The notes: a model not told the origin generated them from the letters alone. A stretch of DNA of 64,000 bases from Candidatus Binatia bacterium (GCA_963664395.2 OY761159.2:3936001-4000000); one strand, 5' to 3'. Positions 35,338 through 45,001 are shown, counted from the stretch's first letter. Numbers and translations: made by a program.

Positions 35338-37026
35338 CTAGACTTGAGTTGAGCCCAATAAGTTCCCACCAAGCGATGGATGACCAACGCTCTTATCGCC
35401 GAACACGTTAATCAGCGAGGTCTTGCCGGATTTGAGTGCGCGCTCCAGAGCAGGCACGATTTCATCTGGCTGCTCCACATGCTCGGTGTATACACCCATG
35501 GGTTCAAAGACCTTGTCGTAGCGGATGTCCTTAACCATATCGAACGGATCGGTGCGGCCCTTGAGCAGGGGCATCGACTCAAACGTTGGACCCCACGAAC
35601 TATTGTTCCACAACAGGGTAATAATCGGGATGTTGTATTTGGCTGCGGTTTCCATATCCATACCGCCGATACCCAGACCACCGTCGCCGCTGACAACGAT
35701 AACTTGCTTGCCCGGACGACCGAGTTGGACACCAATACCCATGCCTACGCCGTGTCCGACTGGGGCAAGTGGCCCGGCGTCTACAATCTGACCCGGTTCA
35801 TGAGCGGTAAACCACTGACTGGTGTAGCCACTCAGAGTGAAGCTATCGATAATCAGGGTTGCGTCTTTGTCGATCACCGAGGTGAGGTCTTTGGCCAGAC
35901 GGTCAGGATGGATCGGACTTGCGCTATGGTTTTGCTGTTCACGGTCGTTGATGAGCTTGTTATAGTTCTCGCGTACCTCAACCATGTTTTGGAGCCACGG
36001 ACTCTCGCGCTTGGCACTAAAGTCCAGCTGCATTTCTTTGATTTTGTCGATCATCTGACGGAGTACGAGCTTGGGATCACCGACGATGCCGACTTCTGCT
36101 GGTACATGCCAGCCTACACGCTGGGGTGTGGCATCAACCTGGATATAGGTGGCTTTGTCGCTCCATGTAGGAGGCTGGCCGAACTTTTCTCCGCTCCAGA
36201 ACTTGAATCCAACGGCTAAGACAACGTCAGCTTCGCCTGTAAACGGCTTTTTCCACGCACCACGAACGGCGAGCGGATTATCTTCGTCAACCGCACCTTG
36301 ACCGGCACGACGGCAATAGACCGGGGTGCTGGTGAGTTCAGCCAGTTCTTTCAGTTCAGCCTCGGCACCGGACCAGAAAATACCGTCTCCACCAGCGATG
36401 AGCGGCTTTTTCGACTGAAAGATGAGTTCAACGGCGCGCTCAATCTGGCGCGGGTCGCCTTGGAAACGGAGTTCATCCGGACTGTAGACTTTTGCGCCTT
36501 TGCGCTGCTTGGATTCGTCACCCTGGTGGTAGAGAATATTGGTTGGAATTTCGAGCAGGGAGACGCCCTGGGGTGCTGAGGTGGCTTCACGAAATGCCTG
36601 ACGCAGGTCGATTTCAATCGTCGACCAGTCAAGCACGCGCTTGGCAAACTTTGAGAAAGAGCTGACCACGTCAGAGCCATAGGCTTCTTGGAAGGAGCCG
36701 ATAAGGTCCTCGGTTGTGGGGTGCTGGCCAGCGAGACAGATGACGGCGCTATTTGTCAGGCCAGCGACGCAGAGGCCGGTCACTGCGTTGGTCAGGCCAC
36801 ACCCGGCAGTGACACAGCAGATGCCGGGTTTTCCTGTCACACGGGCATAGCCGTCTGCCGCGTAAGCGGTCGCTTGTTCGTGGCGCATGTGGATAAGTTT
36901 GATACCATTATCTCTGAGGGTAGCCAGAATGGGGAAGGTATGCCCGCCATTCACGGCAAACATATATTCAACCTTTTGTTCCTGTAAGATACGTCCAATA
37001 AGCGTCCCACCATCAACTGTTGCCAT
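35338..37026 (-). CDS. Thiamine-diphosphate-dependent enzyme (IlvB-like / 2-hydroxyacyl-CoA lyase-like)
   Basis: MRHEQ catalytic Glu and GDGG-x-NN ThDP motif; ATG at 37026 with RBS. Confidence 0.88.
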   Translation of the reverse strand: MATVDGGTLIGRILQEQKVEYMFAVNGGHTFPILATLRDNGIKLIHMRHEQATAYAADGYARVTGKPGICCVTAGCGLTNAVTGLCVAGLTNSAVICLAGQHPTTEDLIGSFQEAYGSDVVSSFSKFAKRVLDWSTIEIDLRQAFREATSAPQGVSLLEIPTNILYHQGDESKQRKGAKVYSPDELRFQGDPRQIERAVELIFQSKKPLIAGGDGIFWSGAEAELKELAELTSTPVYCRRAGQGAVDEDNPLAVRGAWKKPFTGEADVVLAVGFKFWSGEKFGQPPTWSDKATYIQVDATPQRVGWHVPAEVGIVGDPKLVLRQMIDKIKEMQLDFSAKRESPWLQNMVEVRENYNKLINDREQQNHSASPIHPDRLAKDLTSVIDKDATLIIDSFTLSGYTSQWFTAHEPGQIVDAGPLAPVGHGVGMGIGVQLGRPGKQVIVVSGDGGLGIGGMDMETAAKYNIPIITLLWNNSSWGPTFESMPLLKGRTDPFDMVKDIRYDKVFEPMGVYTEHVEQPDEIVPALERALKSGKTSLINVFGDKSVGHPSLGGNLLGSTQV

Positions 37027-37088
37027 GTCTACGATCCTCCTTTGATTCATCCTTGGGCAATGCCAGAGCGGCATCTTCCCATATTTCA

Positions 37089-37136
37089 AGCAAAGAAAAA
37101 AGGGAGGTCTCCTCACGGGGCACCCCTTTTCTTGCT
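37089..37136 (-). terminator. Imperfect hairpin with T-run downstream of the coiled-coil gene
   Basis: AAAAAAGGGAGGTCTCC...GGGGCACCCCTTTT. Confidence 0.5.
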
Positions 37137-37153
37137 CGGCTTGGTTGCCGAAG

Positions 37154-37714
37154 TTACAGCAGATTCAGGCGTTTGAGAATGGCGGCGATTTTCTCGTCGC
37201 GTTGCCCCAGGGATTGAAGAGCGTCGAAGATGACGTCCAGGCGGTGGCCTTTGGTTGAGAGATCGTCTTCCAGACTTTTGACCTTGTCTGTAAACGGCCT
37301 GACCATGGTCCGGCGGTCCCAAATGGCGAAACCGAGGATACTCATGAACATGAGGGTAAAGGCACCCAGTACGCCGAGGATGAGTTGAAAGTGACGATCC
37401 AACTGGCTGTTCATGTCTTCCCGGAGTTGCTGCATGTCCTCGCGCAGATGCTGATTCTGGAGATTCATGTCCTCGCGCATATTTTTGTTCTGGAGATTCA
37501 TGTCCTCGCGCAGTTGCTGCATATCTTCGCGCAGTTGTCTGATGCCGTCTTCCAGTCTTTTCAGTCCTTCGTCCAGCCGGGTTTCCACGCGGGTCAAGCG
37601 CTCGATAATTTCGCGGTCGGCTGATTCAGCCGTGCTGTCTTCGGCCCATACGAGAGCGGGCAGGACGAAAAACGTCCCGCTCCAGAGTATCCAGGTGAGA
37701 AGAAAGCCCCTCAT
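37154..37714 (-). CDS. Membrane-anchored coiled-coil repeat protein
   Basis: Signal/TM, five (L/M)REDM repeats, a TM helix, then WDRRT and a cytoplasmic coil. Confidence 0.8.
   Translation of the reverse strand: MRGFLLTWILWSGTFFVLPALVWAEDSTAESADREIIERLTRVETRLDEGLKRLEDGIRQLREDMQQLREDMNLQNKNMREDMNLQNQHLREDMQQLREDMNSQLDRHFQLILGVLGAFTLMFMSILGFAIWDRRTMVRPFTDKVKSLEDDLSTKGHRLDVIFDALQSLGQRDEKIAAILKRLNLL
37412..37537 (-). repeat. Intragenic 21-nt and 33-nt tandem repeats
   Basis: Repeated CATGTCCTCGCGCA cores encoding QLREDMQQLREDMNLQNKNMREDMNLQNQHLREDMQQLREDM. Confidence 0.85.
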
Positions 37715-37788
37715 AAATTCATACAATGCGGGGAAGGCCGGAATGTCAAGCGACTGTCAACATAGGTGCTCGACATGTGTCTAAATGT

Positions 37789-37823
37789 AAAACGGGAGGT
37801 CCCCTTTAGGAACCTCCCGTTTT
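37789..37823. terminator. Terminator downstream of the DUF1302 gene
   Basis: AAAACGGGAGGT...ACCTCCCGTTTT. Confidence 0.8.
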
Positions 37824-37838
37824 CAGACTGAGTTTGTA

Positions 37839-37866
37839 GGAGAGGTGAAACATGTTTCACCTCTCC
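37839..37866. repeat. Perfect 28-bp palindrome
   Basis: GGAGAGGTGAAACA|TGTTTCACCTCTCC, 6 nt past the DUF1302 stop. Confidence 0.9.
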
Positions 37867-37872
37867 GGTTGT

Positions 37873-40176
37873 TTACAGCAGGTAGTACTGGAGACGAATC
37901 CAGAACAGATCGCGGTCCGCCCACAGGTTTAGCAACGTACCATCGACATCGTTGCGACTGCCCATATACATGACCGTGCCGGCATACAGGTCGAGGTTGC
38001 GGAAGAACAGGCCGTGCCAGTAGGTCTGGGCCAGAATCAGCGGCTGCTTGGCGTTCACCGAGTAGGCGAATGCAAACAACGGCTCCAGCTTGCCCCGGAA
38101 GTAAAAGCCCGACGTGCCAAAGGTGTACAACTGATTCCAGCGATGGTGCCGGTCTCGCGGCGCATTGGTGAAAGCGTTGATACCAGAGGGGCGGTTGTTG
38201 TTCTGGTAGGTGGTCAGCGCCTGGAAGGTGTAGAAGGTTGCCTGGTCGCCGATGCCACCCGGCAGGCCGCGCGTCCAGCCCATGCCCGGAAAGGACTGAA
38301 AGGACTGAATCAGGTCAAACCCGATCATGCTCCGCCACACAGACGTGCCAGTCTTAATCCGATCGCGGTTGATCTTCTTACCGGGGCACACGTTCACGCC
38401 CGGTACGCAGGGATTGCCCTCAGCGTCGCCGTGGGGGCCGGTGATGAGCGGGTCAACGCCCTCTGCGCCAAAGACCGCAGTACGACGGTCAACCCCGTGG
38501 TCGGTGGCATACTGATCAACCGCCGTGGCGTACTCCGGGTTGTCATCCAGGCCGGTCAGGTAGTTCTCCCGGGCAGCCTGCAACTTCGCATCAAAGTGTG
38601 CTTGAGACCTGCCGCCGTAGTTCGAGCCACCGTAGTTGCGCGGCTCATTGGTCGACCAACTCTGCTCCAGGCGGAACACCGCGCCGGTATAGTCGAAGTC
38701 GTTATAGGTGAGCGTGAAGCCAAACACGTTTGTCCACGGCATCCAGTGACCGACCTCAAAGCATGCCGTCGAATTCCGGTCGTTGTTCAAGTTACCATCC
38801 TGGCTGTAGCCTAACGAATCGACCCCACTGAAAAATGTGGCTTTATTCTCTCTGAAACACCGGTCCAGGGCGCGGCGGAAGGCTAACATATTGTCCGGGT
38901 TGGTCTGGTCATGCGCAAAAAACCCTCCCTCTGAACCCAGCAGAGTGTTGCTGAAGGAGCCGAGTCGCCGGCCGTATTGGTCCAGCCTGCCGAGGCCGTC
39001 ATCGTGGTCTCGGCCAAAGAAGGACGGCAGGTCAAACACGGCGGCCGCGTCGGTGCGCTTGAACATATAGTTCAGGGTGAAGTCAAAGCTGCCGAAGATC
39101 TTGCCCATCATCCGCACGCCGACCATGCTGTTGCTAAACTTCGTGCCCCGAATGTGGTGGGTATGGTGACCGCCGCCAATCCGGTACAGGAAGTTGCCGT
39201 TCCGGCCTGCGGCGTCGTCCGTACACGGAACATCGGCATTACAACCGCTGTCGGGCGCCATAGTCCCCAGGTTGCGTCCGACCCGGAACAGCGACCACGG
39301 ATGACGAATCCGAGCGTAGTCATTATATGGCCCCCAAGGCACGCCCTTGGTGGTCAACACGCCCGGTGAGGTCGGCGAGTCAAAGTAATCACTCGTATCG
39401 CCAACATAGTTCGGGTCATCGTAGCGCAGGCCGCCCCAGCCACCTTCCAACACCAGGTGTTGGTTGATGGGTCGCCAGCGTGGAGTGTAGAACGTCTCGA
39501 TCCCCACGTTAGACAGAAACGACCCGACGTTCCCGATGTCATACAGGAATTTGATGGCCCAGATGGGCGTCCGAAAGTCTTCAAATGCCTCTCCCACCGC
39601 CTGGTTCTGGTCCAGCCGCAGCGGGTTGGCAATATCAATCGAGCGGAACAGGTCCGATTCTCCCCACACGATTTGTTGCTTGCCCAGCCTCATGGACAGC
39701 CGATGCCCCATCACATCCCCAAAGCTCACGTCCAGGTTCATCTCCCGAAATCCGTTCTCGGGAAAGGCGAAGGATTTGAGCTGGTTCTTGATGCGGTGGG
39801 GATACATTTCGTCGTATTTGTCGCGCACCATGTACACCGGGTCAAAGCGGCCCCGATACATGAACGAGAAGTCGGCCCGGCGCACACCTGGAATCTTGAT
39901 GTTCTTATCGAACAGCCCGCCTTCGGTCGTCACCAGGTCTTGATACTCATACTCTACGCGCAGCTCGTTGCGCCACTGTACCCACTCGAAGTTATCTCCA
40001 GGGCTGCCGTCAAATTGAAACGAGTGTTGCATCTCGTATACGACTTGAACCTCTGAGTTCCCAACCCGGATCACCGCTTGCGCGGGGCTCGTTAACCAAA
40101 CGAGTCCCGCTACTACGAATAGCCCGGCCAAAAATCCTCTCAGGCACGACCTCCGCTTCCTGTCGTGTTCGATCAT
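37873..40176 (-). CDS. DUF1302-family outer-membrane beta-barrel protein
   Basis: Signal peptide (AQA), RLGKQQIVWGESD...DIANP motif, amphipathic strands and C-terminal FWIRLQYYLL; clustered with DUF1329, YCF48 and RND genes. Confidence 0.8.
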   Translation of the reverse strand: MIEHDRKRRSCLRGFLAGLFVVAGLVWLTSPAQAVIRVGNSEVQVVYEMQHSFQFDGSPGDNFEWVQWRNELRVEYEYQDLVTTEGGLFDKNIKIPGVRRADFSFMYRGRFDPVYMVRDKYDEMYPHRIKNQLKSFAFPENGFREMNLDVSFGDVMGHRLSMRLGKQQIVWGESDLFRSIDIANPLRLDQNQAVGEAFEDFRTPIWAIKFLYDIGNVGSFLSNVGIETFYTPRWRPINQHLVLEGGWGGLRYDDPNYVGDTSDYFDSPTSPGVLTTKGVPWGPYNDYARIRHPWSLFRVGRNLGTMAPDSGCNADVPCTDDAAGRNGNFLYRIGGGHHTHHIRGTKFSNSMVGVRMMGKIFGSFDFTLNYMFKRTDAAAVFDLPSFFGRDHDDGLGRLDQYGRRLGSFSNTLLGSEGGFFAHDQTNPDNMLAFRRALDRCFRENKATFFSGVDSLGYSQDGNLNNDRNSTACFEVGHWMPWTNVFGFTLTYNDFDYTGAVFRLEQSWSTNEPRNYGGSNYGGRSQAHFDAKLQAARENYLTGLDDNPEYATAVDQYATDHGVDRRTAVFGAEGVDPLITGPHGDAEGNPCVPGVNVCPGKKINRDRIKTGTSVWRSMIGFDLIQSFQSFPGMGWTRGLPGGIGDQATFYTFQALTTYQNNNRPSGINAFTNAPRDRHHRWNQLYTFGTSGFYFRGKLEPLFAFAYSVNAKQPLILAQTYWHGLFFRNLDLYAGTVMYMGSRNDVDGTLLNLWADRDLFWIRLQYYLL

Positions 40177-40430
40177 AACCTTCCCTCCTGTAACCAAAGG
40201 TTGTCCTCCCTAGACAGTACACATCTCTCTGTCTCACTCGCTGTTTTCCCAGTTGTGGCAGGTCACCCCCTTTCCCAAATGTTCCACATACAGGTCAAAG
40301 TACAGAGATGGTTCATTAGTAACCCTTGCCGCTTCTAGCGCTATTCAATACATTTTGCAACTGCCCAAGCTGTATTTTTTCCTGTTTCTGCCCTTGACAA
40401 ATGCGGCGGCTTTCTTTAATAAACCGCTCC

Positions 40431-40706
40431 ATGCAAGATAAATTTTCTTATTACGGCAAATGGCTGCGGCAAGGGCTCGTCGCGTGTGGAATTGGGTCGG
40501 TTATGGTGCTGGGTGGATGCCAGTTAGGGGAACCTCCCATTGATGAGGTTAAGGACGCCAAGCCCAAGACGTCTTTGGTTGACCAGTATAAGCAGGCCAA
40601 CAAGGACAGCCGAGACCCCGGATTGGCTGCGAACCCAAAGGCTCTTGGTGATTCCAACCCTGAAGAGGCGATGAAAAAGGGTGGTGATGATCCGGGAGAA
40701 GAATAA
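40431..40706 (+). CDS. Small putative lipoprotein
   Basis: Hydrophobic stretch, lipobox LGGC and a charged tail; TTGACA at 40394. Confidence 0.65.
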   Translation: MQDKFSYYGKWLRQGLVACGIGSVMVLGGCQLGEPPIDEVKDAKPKTSLVDQYKQANKDSRDPGLAANPKALGDSNPEEAMKKGGDDPGEE

Positions 40707-40900
40707 CAAAGCACTCTGCTTTATTCTCCGGATTTCTCCTTCGCAGTTCAGCGATAACTCGCGCGCAGTGACTCCTGCTGCGCGCTTGCCCTTACTAGCC
40801 GTCCTTCCCAATATACGAAGAGACAGGCTTCTCTGAGCGGTCTTGACGCTGAAGTGTTGTCACCTTCGTAGAGTGTATCCTGAGTCCGTTCGGCGTTGTG

Positions 40901-41116
40901 TCAGCCCCGCTCTTCCAGGAGCTTTCGGAACCCCGCCATTTGCATATTCAGAGCATCCGTGTGGGCGCTCAGCGTCGTCATTTGTATCGTGCTTTCCTTT
41001 TGCAACTGCGCAATCTGATCACTCCGAGTGGAGGCTGCGTGCTGCATCTGCCGGAGGCCCCAGCCGATCATCACGAGCTGGCCGATCCCGATGCCGGCTT
41101 GTATCCATTCACTCAT
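40901..41116 (-). CDS. Small single-TM coiled-coil protein
   Basis: MSEWIQAGIGIGQLVMIGWGLRQM followed by a helical tail; fills the intergenic gap. Confidence 0.5.
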   Translation of the reverse strand: MSEWIQAGIGIGQLVMIGWGLRQMQHAASTRSDQIAQLQKESTIQMTTLSAHTDALNMQMAGFRKLLEERG

Positions 41117-41150
41117 ACTCGTCAGTTTCTTCCAACTTCTTCCAACGGAC

Positions 41151-41185
41151 AAAAAAAGAGGCAGCCTCATGAGGCTGCCTCTTTT
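41151..41185 (-). terminator. Terminator after RND1 (perfect 32-bp palindrome)
   Basis: AAAAGAGGCAGCCTCA|TGAGGCTGCCTCTTTT with a 7-T run on the minus strand. Confidence 0.85.
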
Positions 41186-41211
41186 GCCTTCAGAAAGAAG
41201 GGGTACGGGTT

Positions 41212-43602
41212 TTAGGCAATAATACCTTCTCTGGCGGCTCGGACGAAGAATTTGGGATGCCACAGAACCAAGGCAGCCGGCACGAAGGTACAGGCGCCAA
41301 GGAAGCTGATGCCCATCCACAGCGCCAGCAGCAGGCCCATTTCCGAGCAGAAACGGATGTTCGAGAATGCCCACAGGGCGGTCGCCAGGATAAGAGTCGT
41401 TGCGGTAAAGGCAACGGCTTTACCCGCTGTCGAGATCCCTAATCGGACTGCATCGTTGATATCGCCGTCATATTCTTCCACCGCTCGGCTGACGATGTAC
41501 AAGGCGTAATCAATGCCAAACCCGACTCCGACGGTCACCACCGGCAGGGACTGCAGGTTAATGCCAATATTACGCACACTCATATACGCATTCACAACTC
41601 CGTCGGCCAGGAACAGGCCGCTTATCATCACGAGTGCGGCGACTGGGGAACGGTAGGTAAACATCACGATCAAGAAGATCGTGCCAAAGCCCAGGGCGTG
41701 CATATACAGGTCGTTTTTCAAAATCTCTTCATTTGCCGCCGCCGTCACACCAATCAAGCCACCAGCCAGACGCCAGTCCGCATTTGGCAGGGGATTGGCC
41801 GCCACGAATTTTCGCGCTTCCTGAATAATCCGGGCGATATTATCACCCTGGTGATTGGCGCAGTAGAACGTCACACGCGAGACCGTATAGCTCGGGTCCA
41901 GAAATTTCGACGACTCGCCTGGCGGTGTTCCTGCAAAGTAATAAAAGAAGAGCGAACTCACCCGTCGCGGGCTGGCCGGAATAGATCCCCAACGTGGCTG
42001 CATGTCATAGAAGGTCATATTAATGGCCTGAATAATGTCAGCCAGCGAGAAGCTGTAGCCGATGTCTTTATCGCGTTCCATGTGACGCTGGAATTTTTCG
42101 AGTTGTTTTAACAACTCGGGGTTCTTGAGCACTCCTTTGTCACGCCCCTCAACCACAATGATAAGTGGTTCAATCCCACCGAAGTACTTTTGAATCTCAA
42201 TGTGGGCCTGATTATATGGGGACTCCAAATGCAACAACGGTGTGGCCGCGGTCGGATCGCCAATGGTGAGGTGGCGAAGCTGGGTGATAGAAACCAGAAA
42301 GGCGGCCACCCAGAAAATAACAATCATCCTGGAATTTTTGGGAGTGGTGATCCAGACTGCGCAGCGGTCAACAAAGGTTTGCAGCCAGCCATTCTCGCGT
42401 TTCATGACCTTTTCCGGTTCAGGCGCTTTGAGATAGTAGTACACAACTGGGTTCATGAGCAGTTCGCTCACCGCAACCGAGGCGACCCAAATCGAAGCCG
42501 AGATAGCGATCTTTTGCAGGATGACCACCGGCACGATCACGATGACGAGCATGCCCAGCGAGTCGGTAATAATACCGCTCAGGGTGGGCACGAACAGTTC
42601 TGCAAACGCGGCAACAATCGCCTTTTCTTTATTCCACTGCCACTTGCGATATTCCTCGTAATAGCGCTCGTGCATCTGCACCGAGTGACTCACGGCTCGG
42701 GCCGTGACAAAGAAGGGGATCACCAGGGCAAGCGGGTCCATGGAGAAACCCATCATGGCCTGAATACCAAGGCCCCAAAAGGCCGACACAATTCCGGTGA
42801 TGGTCGGGCGCAATGCACCCCGCCAGTCGTGGAAGTAGAGGTAGAGCAAGATCCAGCACACCATAGTGGCGGCGAGGAAGATGTAAAACACCTCGTTCGC
42901 GTAGTAGTATACCCAGCCGTAGAGCTGGGGCTCGCCGGCCACCCAGATCGACTCCTCCGCGGTCTCAAACGGCTCTTTGACCGTCCGGCGAATCTGATCA
43001 AAGACGGTCTTATAGTCGAGCTTGCCCTCAATAAAATTGGCCTTCAGCAGGAGGGCCTGACCGTTCAAGGCTACCAACTGGCCGTAAATGGTTTCGGTGT
43101 TGTAGCAAATCTCCTTGATATCATCGACCTCTCGGTCTGATTTGGGTGGACGGCGCATGACCGGTGGGGTGGCAATGGTCCCTCCTGACACCGTGAGATA
43201 GCGCGTCGTGCGATGGCCGACCGACTCGATCTGGTCGTGGTTCACCCCGGTGACGCGGTCCATGGCCTGCGTCATCGCGTAGATTTTTTTGAGCGTGTTT
43301 ACTGTGAAGACATCGCCCTTATCCACTTTCAACATAACGTTGACGTTGTTCGCCCCTCCGAATTGATCGGCAAAGCGGAAATGGACGCGGACGAACGGAT
43401 GCCGATAGGGAAGGAGGTCGTTAAAGCTGGTGGACATTTCAATCGATAACGCCTGCCATGCCATGAAGCCGGTTACAAGCAACACGCCGAGCGTGATAAG
43501 AAAGCGGTTTTGGATCAGGCCCTCTCCCAAACGATAGAGGGCGGCTCGTTCGCTGGAATGCGCTTCGAGCTCTTCAAGAGTCGGCATTTTTCTGTCAGCC
43601 AC
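41212..43602 (-). CDS. RND/MMPL-family transporter (copy 1)
   Basis: Two-fold 1+5 TM topology; FGG motifs, ARAVSHSVQ, GVGFGIDY and TAGKAV. Confidence 0.9.
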   Translation of the reverse strand: MADRKMPTLEELEAHSSERAALYRLGEGLIQNRFLITLGVLLVTGFMAWQALSIEMSTSFNDLLPYRHPFVRVHFRFADQFGGANNVNVMLKVDKGDVFTVNTLKKIYAMTQAMDRVTGVNHDQIESVGHRTTRYLTVSGGTIATPPVMRRPPKSDREVDDIKEICYNTETIYGQLVALNGQALLLKANFIEGKLDYKTVFDQIRRTVKEPFETAEESIWVAGEPQLYGWVYYYANEVFYIFLAATMVCWILLYLYFHDWRGALRPTITGIVSAFWGLGIQAMMGFSMDPLALVIPFFVTARAVSHSVQMHERYYEEYRKWQWNKEKAIVAAFAELFVPTLSGIITDSLGMLVIVIVPVVILQKIAISASIWVASVAVSELLMNPVVYYYLKAPEPEKVMKRENGWLQTFVDRCAVWITTPKNSRMIVIFWVAAFLVSITQLRHLTIGDPTAATPLLHLESPYNQAHIEIQKYFGGIEPLIIVVEGRDKGVLKNPELLKQLEKFQRHMERDKDIGYSFSLADIIQAINMTFYDMQPRWGSIPASPRRVSSLFFYYFAGTPPGESSKFLDPSYTVSRVTFYCANHQGDNIARIIQEARKFVAANPLPNADWRLAGGLIGVTAAANEEILKNDLYMHALGFGTIFLIVMFTYRSPVAALVMISGLFLADGVVNAYMSVRNIGINLQSLPVVTVGVGFGIDYALYIVSRAVEEYDGDINDAVRLGISTAGKAVAFTATTLILATALWAFSNIRFCSEMGLLLALWMGISFLGACTFVPAALVLWHPKFFVRAAREGIIA

Positions 43603-43669
43603 GGTTCTCTCCTTTTTTACAATTTCTTACTCGACGTGATGCTGATGTGGGAAGCGCACAGGCGCCGCG

Positions 43670-44806
43670 CTAGTGCGCTTCAGCCGACTCCTTGACGGAT
43701 ACCTGCTCGACCAGCTTCCAGCTCTTGCCTCCATCGCTGGTGGTCATGATGGTGCCTTTCCCGCCCACCAGAATACCCTTGCCGTTTTCTCCAAACGTAA
43801 CCGAGTTGATCCAGGTGAATACCCCCTCCGGTGTATTGGCCGGGCTCCAGTTGACTCCACTGTCAGTGGAGTCAAGCACGACCGCATTCATGCCCGCGAG
43901 GACGAGGCGACCATTCTCGCCCGGCGTATCAACATCGTACAGATGCAGCGCCGGAACATCCGTATTGCTGCCCTCACGCGCCACCCAGGTCCAGGTCTGA
44001 CCGCCGTCACTGGTTTTCGTAACGGCCCCACCAGCGCCGACCATCACACCATTATTGGCATCGCTGAAGTGAACTTTGAAAAACGCACCCATCACCATGA
44101 CGTCCCGCACGCCCCCTTGCTCGACTAGCTCATCGAGCAAACTCCCGTGCTGCGAGCCCCAGGTTTTGCCGCCATCTGTGGTGTAGCGCACGTTGCCGTA
44201 TTCACCCACTATCCAGCCGGTGTTTTTGTCCAGAAACTGTACGCTGTAATAGATGATGTCAGGCACGGCTAGACGGGTGCGCTCGGACAAGCCGATCTGA
44301 GACACGTCCATCATCTCGACGTTCCAGGTCTCTCCGCCGTTGTCGGTCCACAGCCAGGTTGATTCATCTCCACACGCCCAGCCATGCAGCTGGTCAACAA
44401 AGGAGACCGCCATTATGGTTTTGTCCGTATCGACGCTCTGCGCAGCCCACGTTTTACCGCCGTCCCGGGAATGGATGATGGTACCGTTTTGGCCGACTGC
44501 CCAGCCATGCTCGCCCGAGAATTTGACGTTGTTGAGCGACCAAATCACATCGCTAGCAACGTCTCCCCACGTGGTTCCCGCATCCTCAGTCCGCAAGATG
44601 CGTCCGGCGTAGCCCACGGCAACAAAGGTGTCATCTGTTACGTGTGCAACGCTAAAAAATTTGTCGGTCCGTGCAAGCAGCGATGTGCTCCATGCGGTTG
44701 GCTGCTCTCCGTGGCATCCCGCCAATCCGAGCAGGGTCGCGGCGGTAAACAGCGTGGCGAAAAGGCTAACACATCTCTGGGCCAAGCCGGCCCTGTAAGT
44801 ATTCAT
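43670..44806 (-). CDS. YCF48-like BNR-repeat beta-propeller lipoprotein
   Basis: Lipobox LAGC and multiple (S/T)xDGGxTW Asp-box repeats. Confidence 0.9.
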   Translation of the reverse strand: MNTYRAGLAQRCVSLFATLFTAATLLGLAGCHGEQPTAWSTSLLARTDKFFSVAHVTDDTFVAVGYAGRILRTEDAGTTWGDVASDVIWSLNNVKFSGEHGWAVGQNGTIIHSRDGGKTWAAQSVDTDKTIMAVSFVDQLHGWACGDESTWLWTDNGGETWNVEMMDVSQIGLSERTRLAVPDIIYYSVQFLDKNTGWIVGEYGNVRYTTDGGKTWGSQHGSLLDELVEQGGVRDVMVMGAFFKVHFSDANNGVMVGAGGAVTKTSDGGQTWTWVAREGSNTDVPALHLYDVDTPGENGRLVLAGMNAVVLDSTDSGVNWSPANTPEGVFTWINSVTFGENGKGILVGGKGTIMTTSDGGKSWKLVEQVSVKESAEAH

Positions 44807-45001
44807 AACGTACTGGCCTCCCTTGTATGTTGGACAACCTGCACCAAAGGATCTCCCCAGCAGGATTTCATGCCTTCCGTCCTTTGCATTTTTTTGCGAT
44901 AAAAGTCAAGGGACGGTAGGGTGTGATATTGACCTTGCCGCCGCCGCCATACTCGAAAAATTTAACCGTCTCTCTGCCGAGAAAACTTCTCTCATCAAAA
45001 T

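Noticed and set aside
37412-37537. Tandem repeats as a CRISPR array
   Set aside because: They are in-frame 21/33-nt coding repeats, with no unique spacers and no cas genes.
43670-44806. YCF48 as evidence of photosynthesis
   Set aside because: It is a generic BNR propeller in an RND/DUF1329 context, with no photosystem genes.
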